This document shows, in pieces, positions 56,536 through 64,000 of a stretch of DNA of 64,000 nucleotides. Source of the stretch: an uncultured Planctomycetales bacterium (GTDB taxonomy: Bacteria > Omnitrophota > Gorgyraeia > Zapsychrales > JANLHA01); assembly GCA_964489065.1 (NCBI GenBank), contig CAZAXH010000004.1:15181-79180 (forward strand). Reading direction: 5' to 3'. Below the pieces are notes generated by a model. It was given only the letters and a program-made list of their open reading frames with translations, did not search any database and was not told the origin of the DNA. The position numbers and the translations under genes were made by a program. Numbering within the stretch: the first letter of the stretch is position 1; each line of letters opens with the position of its first letter.

Positions 56536-57300
56536 TCAACAACCGCCAGACGGAGAGTCTTCCGGGTCGGGATAAACTAAAAAATAGGCCTTAATTTTTG
56601 AGGACGGAACCGTTAAACACGAAATGTCCCGGGCATCAGCCTCGGTTTTTCTTTTAACTCCCATAAACTGCAAATAGCCGGTCAAATCAAAGGCCAACGC
56701 CCTGATTTCAGGCAGTCCCTCTCCGATAAACAGGATCGCATCCAGTCCCCCCAGGCTTGCGATAAAAGCTCCTATATATTTCAAAATCCGATAACAAAAT
56801 ACGCCCCTGGCAAATTCCGCTTCCGGGTCCCGTCTTTGAAGAACATTACGCAACTTACAGCACCCCCCGGCCAGAGCCTTAAACCCGCTTTGCCGAGACA
56901 ACAACGCCTCTATCCGTTTCCCCGGAACTCCGTCAGCAAGCATCTGAAAAATGATAGAACTGTCAACCGCCCCGCAGCCAGTTTCCGAAAAGAGACCATC
57001 GAGAGAAGAGAACCCGTCGCTGACATCAATGGGCCGGCCATCCTGAATAGCCGCAAGGTTTATAGCCCGGCCGATAAAAATACTTATGATTTTATGAAAT
57101 CTTTGCCTGGCCCCGTTTTTAACCGCCCCGAGGGCCCATTGATGAACCTTTCCCTCCCGGCCGTATTTTTGAACGCCCCGGCGCGATAACTCGTAGGGGA
57201 TAGCGTATATCCTGGCACATTCAGGCAGGCGCTCAAAAAACATATCTTGTCTTTTTGGAATCATACCCCACCCCCCAGAAGCCGCCCGCCTTCCAGGCAA
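56536..57300 (-). pseudogene. Truncated, degenerate acetate-kinase paralog (C-terminal domain only). Catalytic motifs are lost.
   Basis: Homology to the Ack C-terminal half is clear (IDVSDGFSSLDGL vs VDTSMGASPNTGL; GVFCYRILKYIGAFIASLGGLDAILFIGEG vs Ack YxHRxxKYIGAY...DAxVFTGGIGE). However RYGFHGxSH is replaced by KYGREGKVHQ, and there is no N-terminal domain. Confidence 0.55.
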
Positions 57301-58475
57301 ATCATAAGCTCTTCATCCGTAGGCATCGTGACGATGGGCACCTGGGATGAAGAGGCCTGAATAAGAGCCGAACCGTTCTTCGGCGCCCGGCGGTTTTTTC
57401 CCCTATCCAAAATAATCCCTGCCCAACGTAACGACGCGCACACCTTCTCCCGGATCAACGGATTGTCCACGCCTATGTCATCCGTGAAAACCAACGCGTC
57501 GATCCGGCCACCGAGCACCAGGACATAGCTTCCGACATACTGTTTCAACCGGTGGATATACGCATCAAAAGCCAACCGGGCCCTTTTCTGGGAACGATGA
57601 TCCTGCATGCGATCCATGATATCCGTGATATCGCTTGAAAACCCTGAAATCCCCAGAAGTCCGCTTTTTCTATTCAACAGTTCCTCAACCTCCTCGGCAC
57701 CGAGGCCCTGGGTCCGCATCAAATGGAAAATTAAAAACGGATCAATGTCCCCCGACCGAGTACTCATAATCAGCCCTGTATTGGGGGAAGCCCCCATAGA
57801 GGTATCCACAGACCTCCCTCCCCTCACCGCTGTCACGCTGGCCCCACCCGTGCCTAAATGACAAATAATCAGGTTGACCGCCGCCGGATCAACGTTCAAA
57901 AATTCCGGAACCCGGCGGCAGATGTACGAACAGGAAATGCCGTGAAACCCGTAACGGCGATATTTATACCTCCGGATGATTCCTTTCGGCAGCGGATACA
58001 CATACGCCTGGACGGGCAAAGTCGCGTGAAAGGCGGAATCAATAACGGCATACTGCGGGACACGCGGGAACAGCCTTTGCGCTTCCTGAATAACGCTAAA
58101 AGATATCGGGTTATGCAACGGCGCCAGAGGCAGGCACTGTTCCAGCTTCTTCAAATTCTTACCATCAATACGCGCGGACCGTTTAAAATATTCTCCGCCA
58201 TGAACAAAACGGTGGCCGACCGCTTCAACTTTGATTTCATTCCTTTTCATATAGTCCGCTGCCAACACGGCGGCAGCGGCATGATCCGGGATAAGGACGG
58301 TTTTTGTTTCCGTGCTGCCCTTAAAATGATTTTCCATGTACGCGTCCCGGATTCCTTTGACGCCGACACGATAGGCCTTCCCCTTAAGGATCAAATCAAC
58401 GTCCCGAGGGTTATGCCAATCAAAAATTTTATAGCTCAAGGATGAGCTTCCGGCGTTAAAGACAAGTATACGCAT
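57261..58475 (-). CDS. ackA: Acetate kinase
   Basis: MRILVFNAGSSSLSYKIF. RYGFHGISCSY. HLGTGGASVTAV..SVDTSMG. The full set of Ack motifs is present. Confidence 0.9.
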   Translation of the reverse strand: MRILVFNAGSSSLSYKIFDWHNPRDVDLILKGKAYRVGVKGIRDAYMENHFKGSTETKTVLIPDHAAAAVLAADYMKRNEIKVEAVGHRFVHGGEYFKRSARIDGKNLKKLEQCLPLAPLHNPISFSVIQEAQRLFPRVPQYAVIDSAFHATLPVQAYVYPLPKGIIRRYKYRRYGFHGISCSYICRRVPEFLNVDPAAVNLIICHLGTGGASVTAVRGGRSVDTSMGASPNTGLIMSTRSGDIDPFLIFHLMRTQGLGAEEVEELLNRKSGLLGISGFSSDITDIMDRMQDHRSQKRARLAFDAYIHRLKQYVGSYVLVLGGRIDALVFTDDIGVDNPLIREKVCASLRWAGIILDRGKNRRAPKNGSALIQASSSQVPIVTMPTDEELMICLEGGRLLGGGV

Positions 58476-59460
58476 AATGTTTATCTAAATTAATCACCAC
58501 GTTTTCCCGGGAGAAACAATGTCTTTTCTGGGCCCGGAGAGCCGTGATAGCCGCGCTGTCGATAACATCGTCGACACTACATCCCCGCGACAGATCGCTG
58601 CAAGGCTGCAGTGTCCCTAAAATGACCGGGCCAACGGCGCGGGCATGGGCTAACCGCTCGGTCAGCTTATAGCTGATATTGCCCGCATCCAGAGAGGGAA
58701 AAATCAGGACGTTGGCCTTGCCCGCGACATCACTGCCCTTCACTTTACGGGCGGCGATTTCCGGGACAAGAGCGGTGTCCACCTGCAACTCTCCATCGAT
58801 AAAGAAATCTTTCTTCAGATCTTTCGCCAATTCCACGGATTTTCTCACTTTCTCAACCATCTCCCCGCCCGCGCTGCCCTTCGAAGAAAAGCTCAACATG
58901 GCCACCCGGGCCATTGTCCCCATGATGTCCTGAAAAAATTGGGCGCTGGAAACCGCGATCCTCGCCAGCTGTTCGCTGGTCGGATTGGGGATCACGCCGC
59001 AGTCCGCATAACAAAGGACGCCATCTTCCCCGTAGGAACAATGCGGAACCCCCATCAGAAAACAACTCGTCGTCAGCCCGATCCGGTCGTTGATCTCCAA
59101 GCAATGAATGACCGCGCGCATCACCGCCGCCGTCGAATGAGAGGCCCCCGACACCATCCCGTCCACGAAACCGCAGCGCAGCATCATCGCCGCATAAAAG
59201 AGCACGTCCTCCATCAATTCCCGAGCCTTCCCATACGTCATGCCCCTTGACTTGCGCAATTCATAAAGCAAATAAGCAAAGTGGTCCTGCTGGAAGGGGT
59301 CCAGGTCTTTTCGTGACAGCAGAAAAGGTTCGGCAATGCCTTCCGCCCTGATGTAATCAACGGCGCGCAGAACCCGGTCGTCCTCCGTTTCCGGGAAAAT
59401 AATCCTTTGCGGATCCTTTTTCGCCTGTTCCCGGATCCGTCCTAAAACGTCAGCGAACAT
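58456..59460 (-). CDS. pta: Phosphate acetyl/butyryltransferase (PTA_PTB family)
   Basis: About 330 aa. PTA_PTB fold motifs. Overlaps the ackA start (operon pta-ackA). Confidence 0.85.
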   Translation of the reverse strand: MFADVLGRIREQAKKDPQRIIFPETEDDRVLRAVDYIRAEGIAEPFLLSRKDLDPFQQDHFAYLLYELRKSRGMTYGKARELMEDVLFYAAMMLRCGFVDGMVSGASHSTAAVMRAVIHCLEINDRIGLTTSCFLMGVPHCSYGEDGVLCYADCGVIPNPTSEQLARIAVSSAQFFQDIMGTMARVAMLSFSSKGSAGGEMVEKVRKSVELAKDLKKDFFIDGELQVDTALVPEIAARKVKGSDVAGKANVLIFPSLDAGNISYKLTERLAHARAVGPVILGTLQPCSDLSRGCSVDDVIDSAAITALRAQKRHCFSRENVVINLDKHYAYTCL

Positions 59461-59502
59461 AACATCACTCCTTTTTTCTCTATTTATCCTGTCAAAAAAA
59501 TT

Positions 59503-60462
59503 CTAACATCCATAGAGGCACGCCTCATTCCTGCCCGTCTCTTTGGCCATATATAAACCGAGATTCGTCTTCAATAAAAGTTCCTGCGTCGTCATCCCGG
59601 GGATATACCGACTCAGGCCCATGCTGCATGTCACCGGTGTTTGAAAAAACGATTTCTGAATAACATCTTTAACGGTCTTCGCGATGGACAACGCCTCTTC
59701 TTTCTTGGTTTCCGGCAAAATGACCAAAAACTGATCCTGCGATTGCCGGCACACGATATCCGTATCACGAAAATTCTTACGAAGAAGGGCCCCCACGTCC
59801 TTGATCAAGGTGTCCCCCTCCTTACGGCCAAATTGGTTGTTGAAGGCCTCCAAATGATCGATGTCTATCATGATCAAACTCAACGGCTGAAAAAACCGGT
59901 CCGCCCGCAGGATCTCGGCTTCCAAGCACCGCATAAAATACTGATAATTATAAAGCCCTGTCAGGGGATCCCGGATCAACTTGTCGAGCGCGCGGCACGT
60001 TTCTTCATCCTCATAGGCCCAATCATGAATTCCCTGGCCCTTGTTTCCCCGGACTTCTTGTTCCTCCGAAAGCTCCTTGACAATCCCTTGCACCCCCACG
60101 ACCCGCCCCGTTTTATCCTTCAAAAAATTGCTCCGGGTGGAAACGACGACCCGGCTGCCGTCTTTCCGGACCATAGGAATGATATAATCGGAAACAAAAC
60201 CGTTTTCCATCAATTGCCGCAAAAAAGTGATCCGGTCTTTTCTTTTTTCATACAAATTCTCCGCTAAATTCAACCCCACAATATCATCCCGGGTGCGGTA
60301 CTGAAAAATTTCAGCAAAAGCCTGGTTCGCGAAGGAAATATTGCCGTTATTATCCGCGACGTAAAGCCCACTTTTCATGGAATGAATAATATCATCCAAA
60401 TTAACGCGGCTCTCCACGCCAAAATTATCCCCCTGGTCTCCCTCATTGTGTCTTAAATTCAT
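59503..60462 (-). CDS. PAS-domain protein with a degenerate GGDEF domain (GGDEF replaced by SQDQF)
   Basis: PAS (ISFANQAFAEIF...DGSRVVV). GGDEF fold blocks (DPLTGLYNYQYF, LIMIDIDHLEAFNNQFGRKEGD). The active-site motif reads RQSQDQF. Confidence 0.7.
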   Translation of the reverse strand: MNLRHNEGDQGDNFGVESRVNLDDIIHSMKSGLYVADNNGNISFANQAFAEIFQYRTRDDIVGLNLAENLYEKRKDRITFLRQLMENGFVSDYIIPMVRKDGSRVVVSTRSNFLKDKTGRVVGVQGIVKELSEEQEVRGNKGQGIHDWAYEDEETCRALDKLIRDPLTGLYNYQYFMRCLEAEILRADRFFQPLSLIMIDIDHLEAFNNQFGRKEGDTLIKDVGALLRKNFRDTDIVCRQSQDQFLVILPETKKEEALSIAKTVKDVIQKSFFQTPVTCSMGLSRYIPGMTTQELLLKTNLGLYMAKETGRNEACLYGC

Positions 60463-60583
60463 CTTACCCTCCTGTTCTATTGTTCCCTGATCCTCCCCGG
60501 GCCAGGGTTCCCGCCACCATATGTTAAGTATTTATTTATTATATTAAGTATTAGTTAACACAAAAGACAAAAAAATTTGACCG

Positions 60584-61135
60584 TTAAAAACTGGGCGGCG
60601 TGACAACCCATAAGGCCTCGGTTTCTCCTTTATTTAAATTTTTAAAAGAATGCGGCGTACTGGAGTTGAAATAAATGCTGTCACCTTTTTTAAGCTGATA
60701 ATTCTTCTCCCCCAAGATGATCTCAATCGCCCCCTTGAGGACCAAAACAAACTCCTGGCCATAGTGTGCGTAGGACGTTTCTCCCGAGGCCGCATTGACG
60801 GCTAATTTAAATAACAAAGGTTGCATTTGTTTATACGGGCTGACCTCCGACAAGAGATACATCTGTATCCCCTGGCTGACTTGCTTGAGGGATTTCCTTT
60901 CATCTTCTTTCGTGATAAGTTTTTCTTTCTGCTGGAGGTCTTCGCCAACCAAATTCCCGATTGTCGTCTGCAACGCATCGGCGATAGCTTTTAAAGTCGT
61001 CAATGAGGGCGAGGCCTTGCCTTTTTCAACCTGGGAAAGAAAACTCGGGCTCACCCCGATATCTTTAGCCATCTCACGCAGGGTTATTCCTTGCTCCTCC
61101 CGCAGCCTTTTTAAATTAATCCCCAAACTTTTCAT
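60584..61135 (-). CDS. XRE-family HTH plus cupin-domain transcriptional regulator
   Basis: N-terminal HTH_XRE (LKRLREEQGITLREMAKDIGVSPSFLSQVEKGKASPSLTTL). C-terminal cupin (GETSYAHYGQEFVLVLKG...GDSIYFNSSTPH). Confidence 0.8.
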   Translation of the reverse strand: MKSLGINLKRLREEQGITLREMAKDIGVSPSFLSQVEKGKASPSLTTLKAIADALQTTIGNLVGEDLQQKEKLITKEDERKSLKQVSQGIQMYLLSEVSPYKQMQPLLFKLAVNAASGETSYAHYGQEFVLVLKGAIEIILGEKNYQLKKGDSIYFNSSTPHSFKNLNKGETEALWVVTPPSF

Positions 61136-61259
61136 GGTTATGTTTTCCGTTGAAATGAAGTATACATTAAAGCCGGGCTTGTGTCAAGCATGACTTAACA
61201 TTTTTTTCAAATATTAAGTATTACTTTACAAAAACCGGCTGCAGTAAGCTTGCCAGCCA

Positions 61260-61907
61260 TTAAATAGTCTTTTTGGGCAACGTGATAATCAATTTCCCCC
61301 CCTTATTTTCCGTTGTCATCCGCGAAGTATCAGCATCCGGCGGGACGGATATCGTTTTCATAAACGTAGCGTAACTCTGGAAACTTAAGGACCGCTCCGC
61401 GCCCTCTTCCTCCTGCTGCGCTTTCTGTTCGCCTCTCACCGTCACTGACCGCTGGTTAACCTGAATATCAATTTTTCCTTCGTTCATTCCCGCCATATCG
61501 AATTCAATGACATACTTATCGTCTTTTTCTTCCATGGCGAAGGTATCGTCATAATACATGTTACTTCTAAACATCCCTTTGCTAGCCGGGCCGCCCATGA
61601 AAAAAGAATCCTGAAACATCCGATCCATTTCCGCCTGCATACGATAAATCTCGGCAAAAGGGTCCCATCGGTCCGGGCTTGCTTTAAAATAACTCCCAGG
61701 GCCTTCCGGGTTTTTCTGCGCCGATCCGGTCTGGCTAGCCTCCAATTCCTGCACACGCTTTTGCAGGGCCTCGATCTGCTTCTTTAAAACTTCCACATGA
61801 TCCTCCTCTGCGAAGGCCACAAAACCCCGGCTAAACAAAAGAACGCCGACGAGCAAGACAAGGCTGCCCATAAGAAAAATTTTAAATTTTTGATTCATAA
61901 ATAACAT
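61260..61907 (-). CDS. Secreted Hsp20/α-crystallin-like protein with an N-terminal coiled coil
   Basis: Signal peptide and TM (MGSLVLLVGVLLFS). Coiled coil (LKKQIEALQKRVQELE). C-terminal α-crystallin-like (DDKYVIEFDMAGMNEGKIDIQV...GGKLIITLPKK). Confidence 0.5.
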   Translation of the reverse strand: MLFMNQKFKIFLMGSLVLLVGVLLFSRGFVAFAEEDHVEVLKKQIEALQKRVQELEASQTGSAQKNPEGPGSYFKASPDRWDPFAEIYRMQAEMDRMFQDSFFMGGPASKGMFRSNMYYDDTFAMEEKDDKYVIEFDMAGMNEGKIDIQVNQRSVTVRGEQKAQQEEEGAERSLSFQSYATFMKTISVPPDADTSRMTTENKGGKLIITLPKKTI

Positions 61908-61948
61908 CCCCCTTAAAAATTCCAGGTATTCTTTATAAAATCCTGAAA

Positions 61949-62200
61949 TTAAAAAATTTCAAAAAGTTCACTCCTGAACCCGTCATATTGTTTACGAAAC
62001 CGCCGCATGGTCCAGGCCGAGCCGATCAGGATCAGGCCGATCACGACAAAAAACGATGCGACCATGGCCACCAGCAGTTGCGGGAGCAGTACAATAATAC
62101 ACCCGAACAACAGGAACAAAATCCCCTGGAGCAATTGATGTTTCCAGGTATAAGAAAAACCGTCAAAAAAAGCATCAAACACGTCAATCTTGTTCATCAC
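61949..62200 (-). CDS. Small 2-TM membrane protein
   Basis: 83 aa. Two hydrophobic helices. Sits between the Hsp20 genes. Confidence 0.35.
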   Translation of the reverse strand: MMNKIDVFDAFFDGFSYTWKHQLLQGILFLLFGCIIVLLPQLLVAMVASFFVVIGLILIGSAWTMRRFRKQYDGFRSELFEIF

Positions 62201-62240
62201 GTCCCCCTTTTTGAGGGGGGATAGAAAATATCCCCCCTCC

Positions 62241-62636
62241 TTAACTTTTAATGGCTATTTTACAAGGCTGGACCGCCTCCACTTTGGCCAGCAGGATTTT
62301 TAATATTCCGTCCTGATACTCGGCCTCGACAGAGCCGCGGTCAATGTCCGTATTAATTTCAAACCTCCGCTCATAAGCGACCGGGCTCCTTTCCTGATAA
62401 AGCGGCTTATACTCTTTACCTACCTCCTCTTTCCTCTTCCTGGCTTGGATAATCAATTGCGTGCCGTTCAGACGCACGTCCAGCGTGCTTTTATCCACCC
62501 CCGGCATCTCCAAAGCAAGGATAATGTTTCTGTCCTTTTCGTACATGTTGGCAAAAGGGGCAACGACGAAAACCTCTTCCTGTTTTCTCTTTATTTTTTC
62601 CAACATTTTAACCACCTCCTCCCGGCAAGGCTCCAC
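62241..62636 (-). CDS. Hsp20 family small heat-shock protein
   Basis: α-crystallin domain blocks (NIILALEMPGVDKSTLDVRLNG...GILKILLAK). Confidence 0.8.
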   Translation of the reverse strand: MEPCREEVVKMLEKIKRKQEEVFVVAPFANMYEKDRNIILALEMPGVDKSTLDVRLNGTQLIIQARKRKEEVGKEYKPLYQERSPVAYERRFEINTDIDRGSVEAEYQDGILKILLAKVEAVQPCKIAIKS

Positions 62637-62655
62637 GGGCTTGGCCCCCCTGATA

Positions 62656-63135
62656 TTATTTAACGTTAATGGTGATCTGTTTCGGTTTTGCTTCTTCTTT
62701 TTTCGGCAACGTCAGGGTCAAAACCCCGTCCTGGTATTGGGCGTCGACTTTACCGGCGTCGACCTCATCCGGCAACGGAATCATCCGGCAAAAACTCCCG
62801 TAAAATCTTTCCGTCCTGAAATAATCTTCCTCTTTAATTTCACCGTCTTTTTTCTTTTCTCCTTTCAAAATAAGGTTATTATTCTGAATGGTCACTTCAA
62901 TTTCATCTTTGGTCAAGCCCGGCAAATCCGCTTTCACTAAAAAATTGTCTTGGGAGTCATAAATATCAACCGCCGGGGACCATTGTCCTCCCAGCAAAGT
63001 GACGTCTCCCAATAGGCCGCGAGACAAGGAAAAATCAAAAATTTGATTCATCTGCTTCTGGATATTCTCTAACTCAACAAACGGATCCAGCCACCCGTTC
63101 TCCCTTCGGTAAGGTATAAGCGCCATATTAATCAC
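62656..63135 (-). CDS. Hsp20 family small heat-shock protein
   Basis: SPAVDIYDSQDNFLVKADLPGLTKDEIEVTIQNN...GVLTLTLPKKEE. Confidence 0.85.
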   Translation of the reverse strand: MINMALIPYRRENGWLDPFVELENIQKQMNQIFDFSLSRGLLGDVTLLGGQWSPAVDIYDSQDNFLVKADLPGLTKDEIEVTIQNNNLILKGEKKKDGEIKEEDYFRTERFYGSFCRMIPLPDEVDAGKVDAQYQDGVLTLTLPKKEEAKPKQITINVK

Positions 63136-63321
63136 CTCCTTATTATTTATATTTATCTTTTTATCTCTTTAATTAAACCGCCCATATTTCTTAATTTGCC
63201 AATAATTTTGCCGATAAATTTCTCAACAACTTTCATCTTCTCTCACCTCCCTCCGGGCTCGGCATGTTTTTGCATCCCTGGCACTCATGCAATACGAGTG
63301 CTAATTTATTGACAAAAAAAA

Positions 63322-63621
63322 TTAACTCATTTTTTCTTTTTCCATTTCCAAAATAATTTTAAGCGCCGGGATATTGACCCTCTTCTCACTCATATAACAC
63401 CAGCATATTTGAATCTTCTTTAACTCCCGTTTTGAATACAGCCGAATTCGCCCCTTTTTTCTGAGAGGCGTGACAATACCTTCCGTATCAAGCTGTTTTA
63501 ACACATGATGAGGCACCGATAAAAGCTTACAAATAACCCCCGTTGTAAAGATCGGCTCATCATTATCAATGGGGACTTCGATAAAATCCCCCTTTTTATC
63601 ACATATCTTCTTCCCCGCCAT
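63322..63621 (-). CDS. MerR-family (HspR-like) heat-shock transcriptional regulator
   Basis: HTH (IFTTGVICKLLSVPHHVLKQLDTEGIVTPLR). Positioned as the first gene of the Hsp20 operon. Confidence 0.65.
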   Translation of the reverse strand: MAGKKICDKKGDFIEVPIDNDEPIFTTGVICKLLSVPHHVLKQLDTEGIVTPLRKKGRIRLYSKRELKKIQICWCYMSEKRVNIPALKIILEMEKEKMS

Positions 63622-63644
63622 GCGTCATTCCTTTTTCTGGATTT

Positions 63645-63673
63645 AAATATACCACTTCTAGAATATTTGTCAA
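63645..63673 (-). promoter_or_regulatory. Sigma70-like promoter of the hspR-like gene, with a TTCTAGAA palindrome inside the spacer
   Basis: Minus strand: TTGACA (63673-63668), a 17-nt spacer containing TTCTAGAA (63656-63663), and ATATTT (63650-63645). Confidence 0.4.
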
Positions 63674-63759
63674 GCAATTCTGGAAAATATTTTCCTATTA
63701 TTGGAATTCAAATTCCGCGCGATAGAATCCCGCCCTTCCCCCTCTATGAGTGTTCAGCT

Positions 63760-64000
63760 CTACACGCATTCCTTATTCTTGTCCGCCAAGATCCGTTCTA
63801 TCAGACTTACGGCCTGGCTGTAGTCCAGGCTCTTCTCCAGAAAACCATCCGCCCCGAAAATCTTTGATTTGCCTTCTCGGATCGAGCTATTCTGCGCCGT
63901 CAGCATGATGACCGGTAAAGCAGGCTTTCTTTTCTTGATTTCAAACAAACATTCAAATCCGTCCATGGGCTGCATGTTCACATCCAAAAACACGACATCA
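63760..64000 (-). CDS. Response-regulator receiver domain, C-terminal part. The gene continues beyond the window.
   Basis: FLDVNMQPMDGFECLFEIKKRKPALPVIMLTAQ matches the receiver LLDxxMPxMDG...PVIxLTA block. The phospho-Asp region lies upstream, outside the window. Confidence 0.7.
   Translation of the reverse strand, partial: DVVFLDVNMQPMDGFECLFEIKKRKPALPVIMLTAQNSSIREGKSKIFGADGFLEKSLDYSQAVSLIERILADKNKECV

Noticed and set aside
1-64000. Search for tRNA or rRNA genes, integrases, transposases or phage genes that would mark a mobile island
   Set aside because: No cloverleaf-compatible segments, rRNA-like conserved blocks or recombinase motifs were recognised by eye. The only repeat family found is the short twin-hairpin element. 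This cannot be fully excluded without tRNAscan or Infernal.

Overview
This 64-kb window looks like a densely packed bacterial chromosomal region with about 60 genes, mostly on the minus strand. No rRNA genes, tRNA genes, CRISPR arrays, integrases or transposases were recognisable by eye. The gene content suggests an anaerobe: rubrerythrin, a pta-ackA pair, four radical-SAM enzymes, a Cu(I) P-type ATPase, fused MsrAB and a cold-shock protein. GC content is about 50%. Many gene starts are marked by AGGAGG-type ribosome-binding sites, several with 4-bp ATGA overlaps that indicate operons.

The most unusual locus is a minus-strand operon at 5317-10988. A DUF2207-type membrane protein ends in a tyrosine/histidine-rich segment followed by a (Cys-His-x-Ala)x7 tail. 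That tail is encoded by a 12-nt tandem DNA repeat. An rSAM/SPASM enzyme is translationally coupled immediately downstream, followed by a membrane protein and a fused ABC exporter. A divergent operon across the shared promoter region encodes a B12-binding rSAM, a TPR-bearing membrane protein resembling a protein O-mannosyltransferase, and a kinase with an N-terminal CPxGC...GNxCxxG module resembling DUF1667. I read this as a candidate, previously undescribed protein or peptide maturation and modification system.

Other notable observations are:
- a SAM-methyltransferase/ATP-grasp fusion protein;
- a ~60-120 nt intergenic repeat with twin hairpins, present in three copies, two of which bracket marR-DUF349-GIY-YIG;
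- a pair of paralogous secreted proteins flanking a BI-1-like membrane protein and an M48 protease;
- a truncated, degenerate acetate-kinase paralog downstream of ackA;
- an NPPW methyltransferase in an operon with a TIGR03916-like rSAM and a DUF4130 protein;
- a 22-bp perfect palindrome upstream of copA;
- a cluster of a MerR/HspR-like regulator with three Hsp20 genes;
- a 1962-aa secreted protein carrying FG-GAP repeats and a GH5 domain.

All calls are from motif-level reading of the supplied translations and sequence. No database searches were run.
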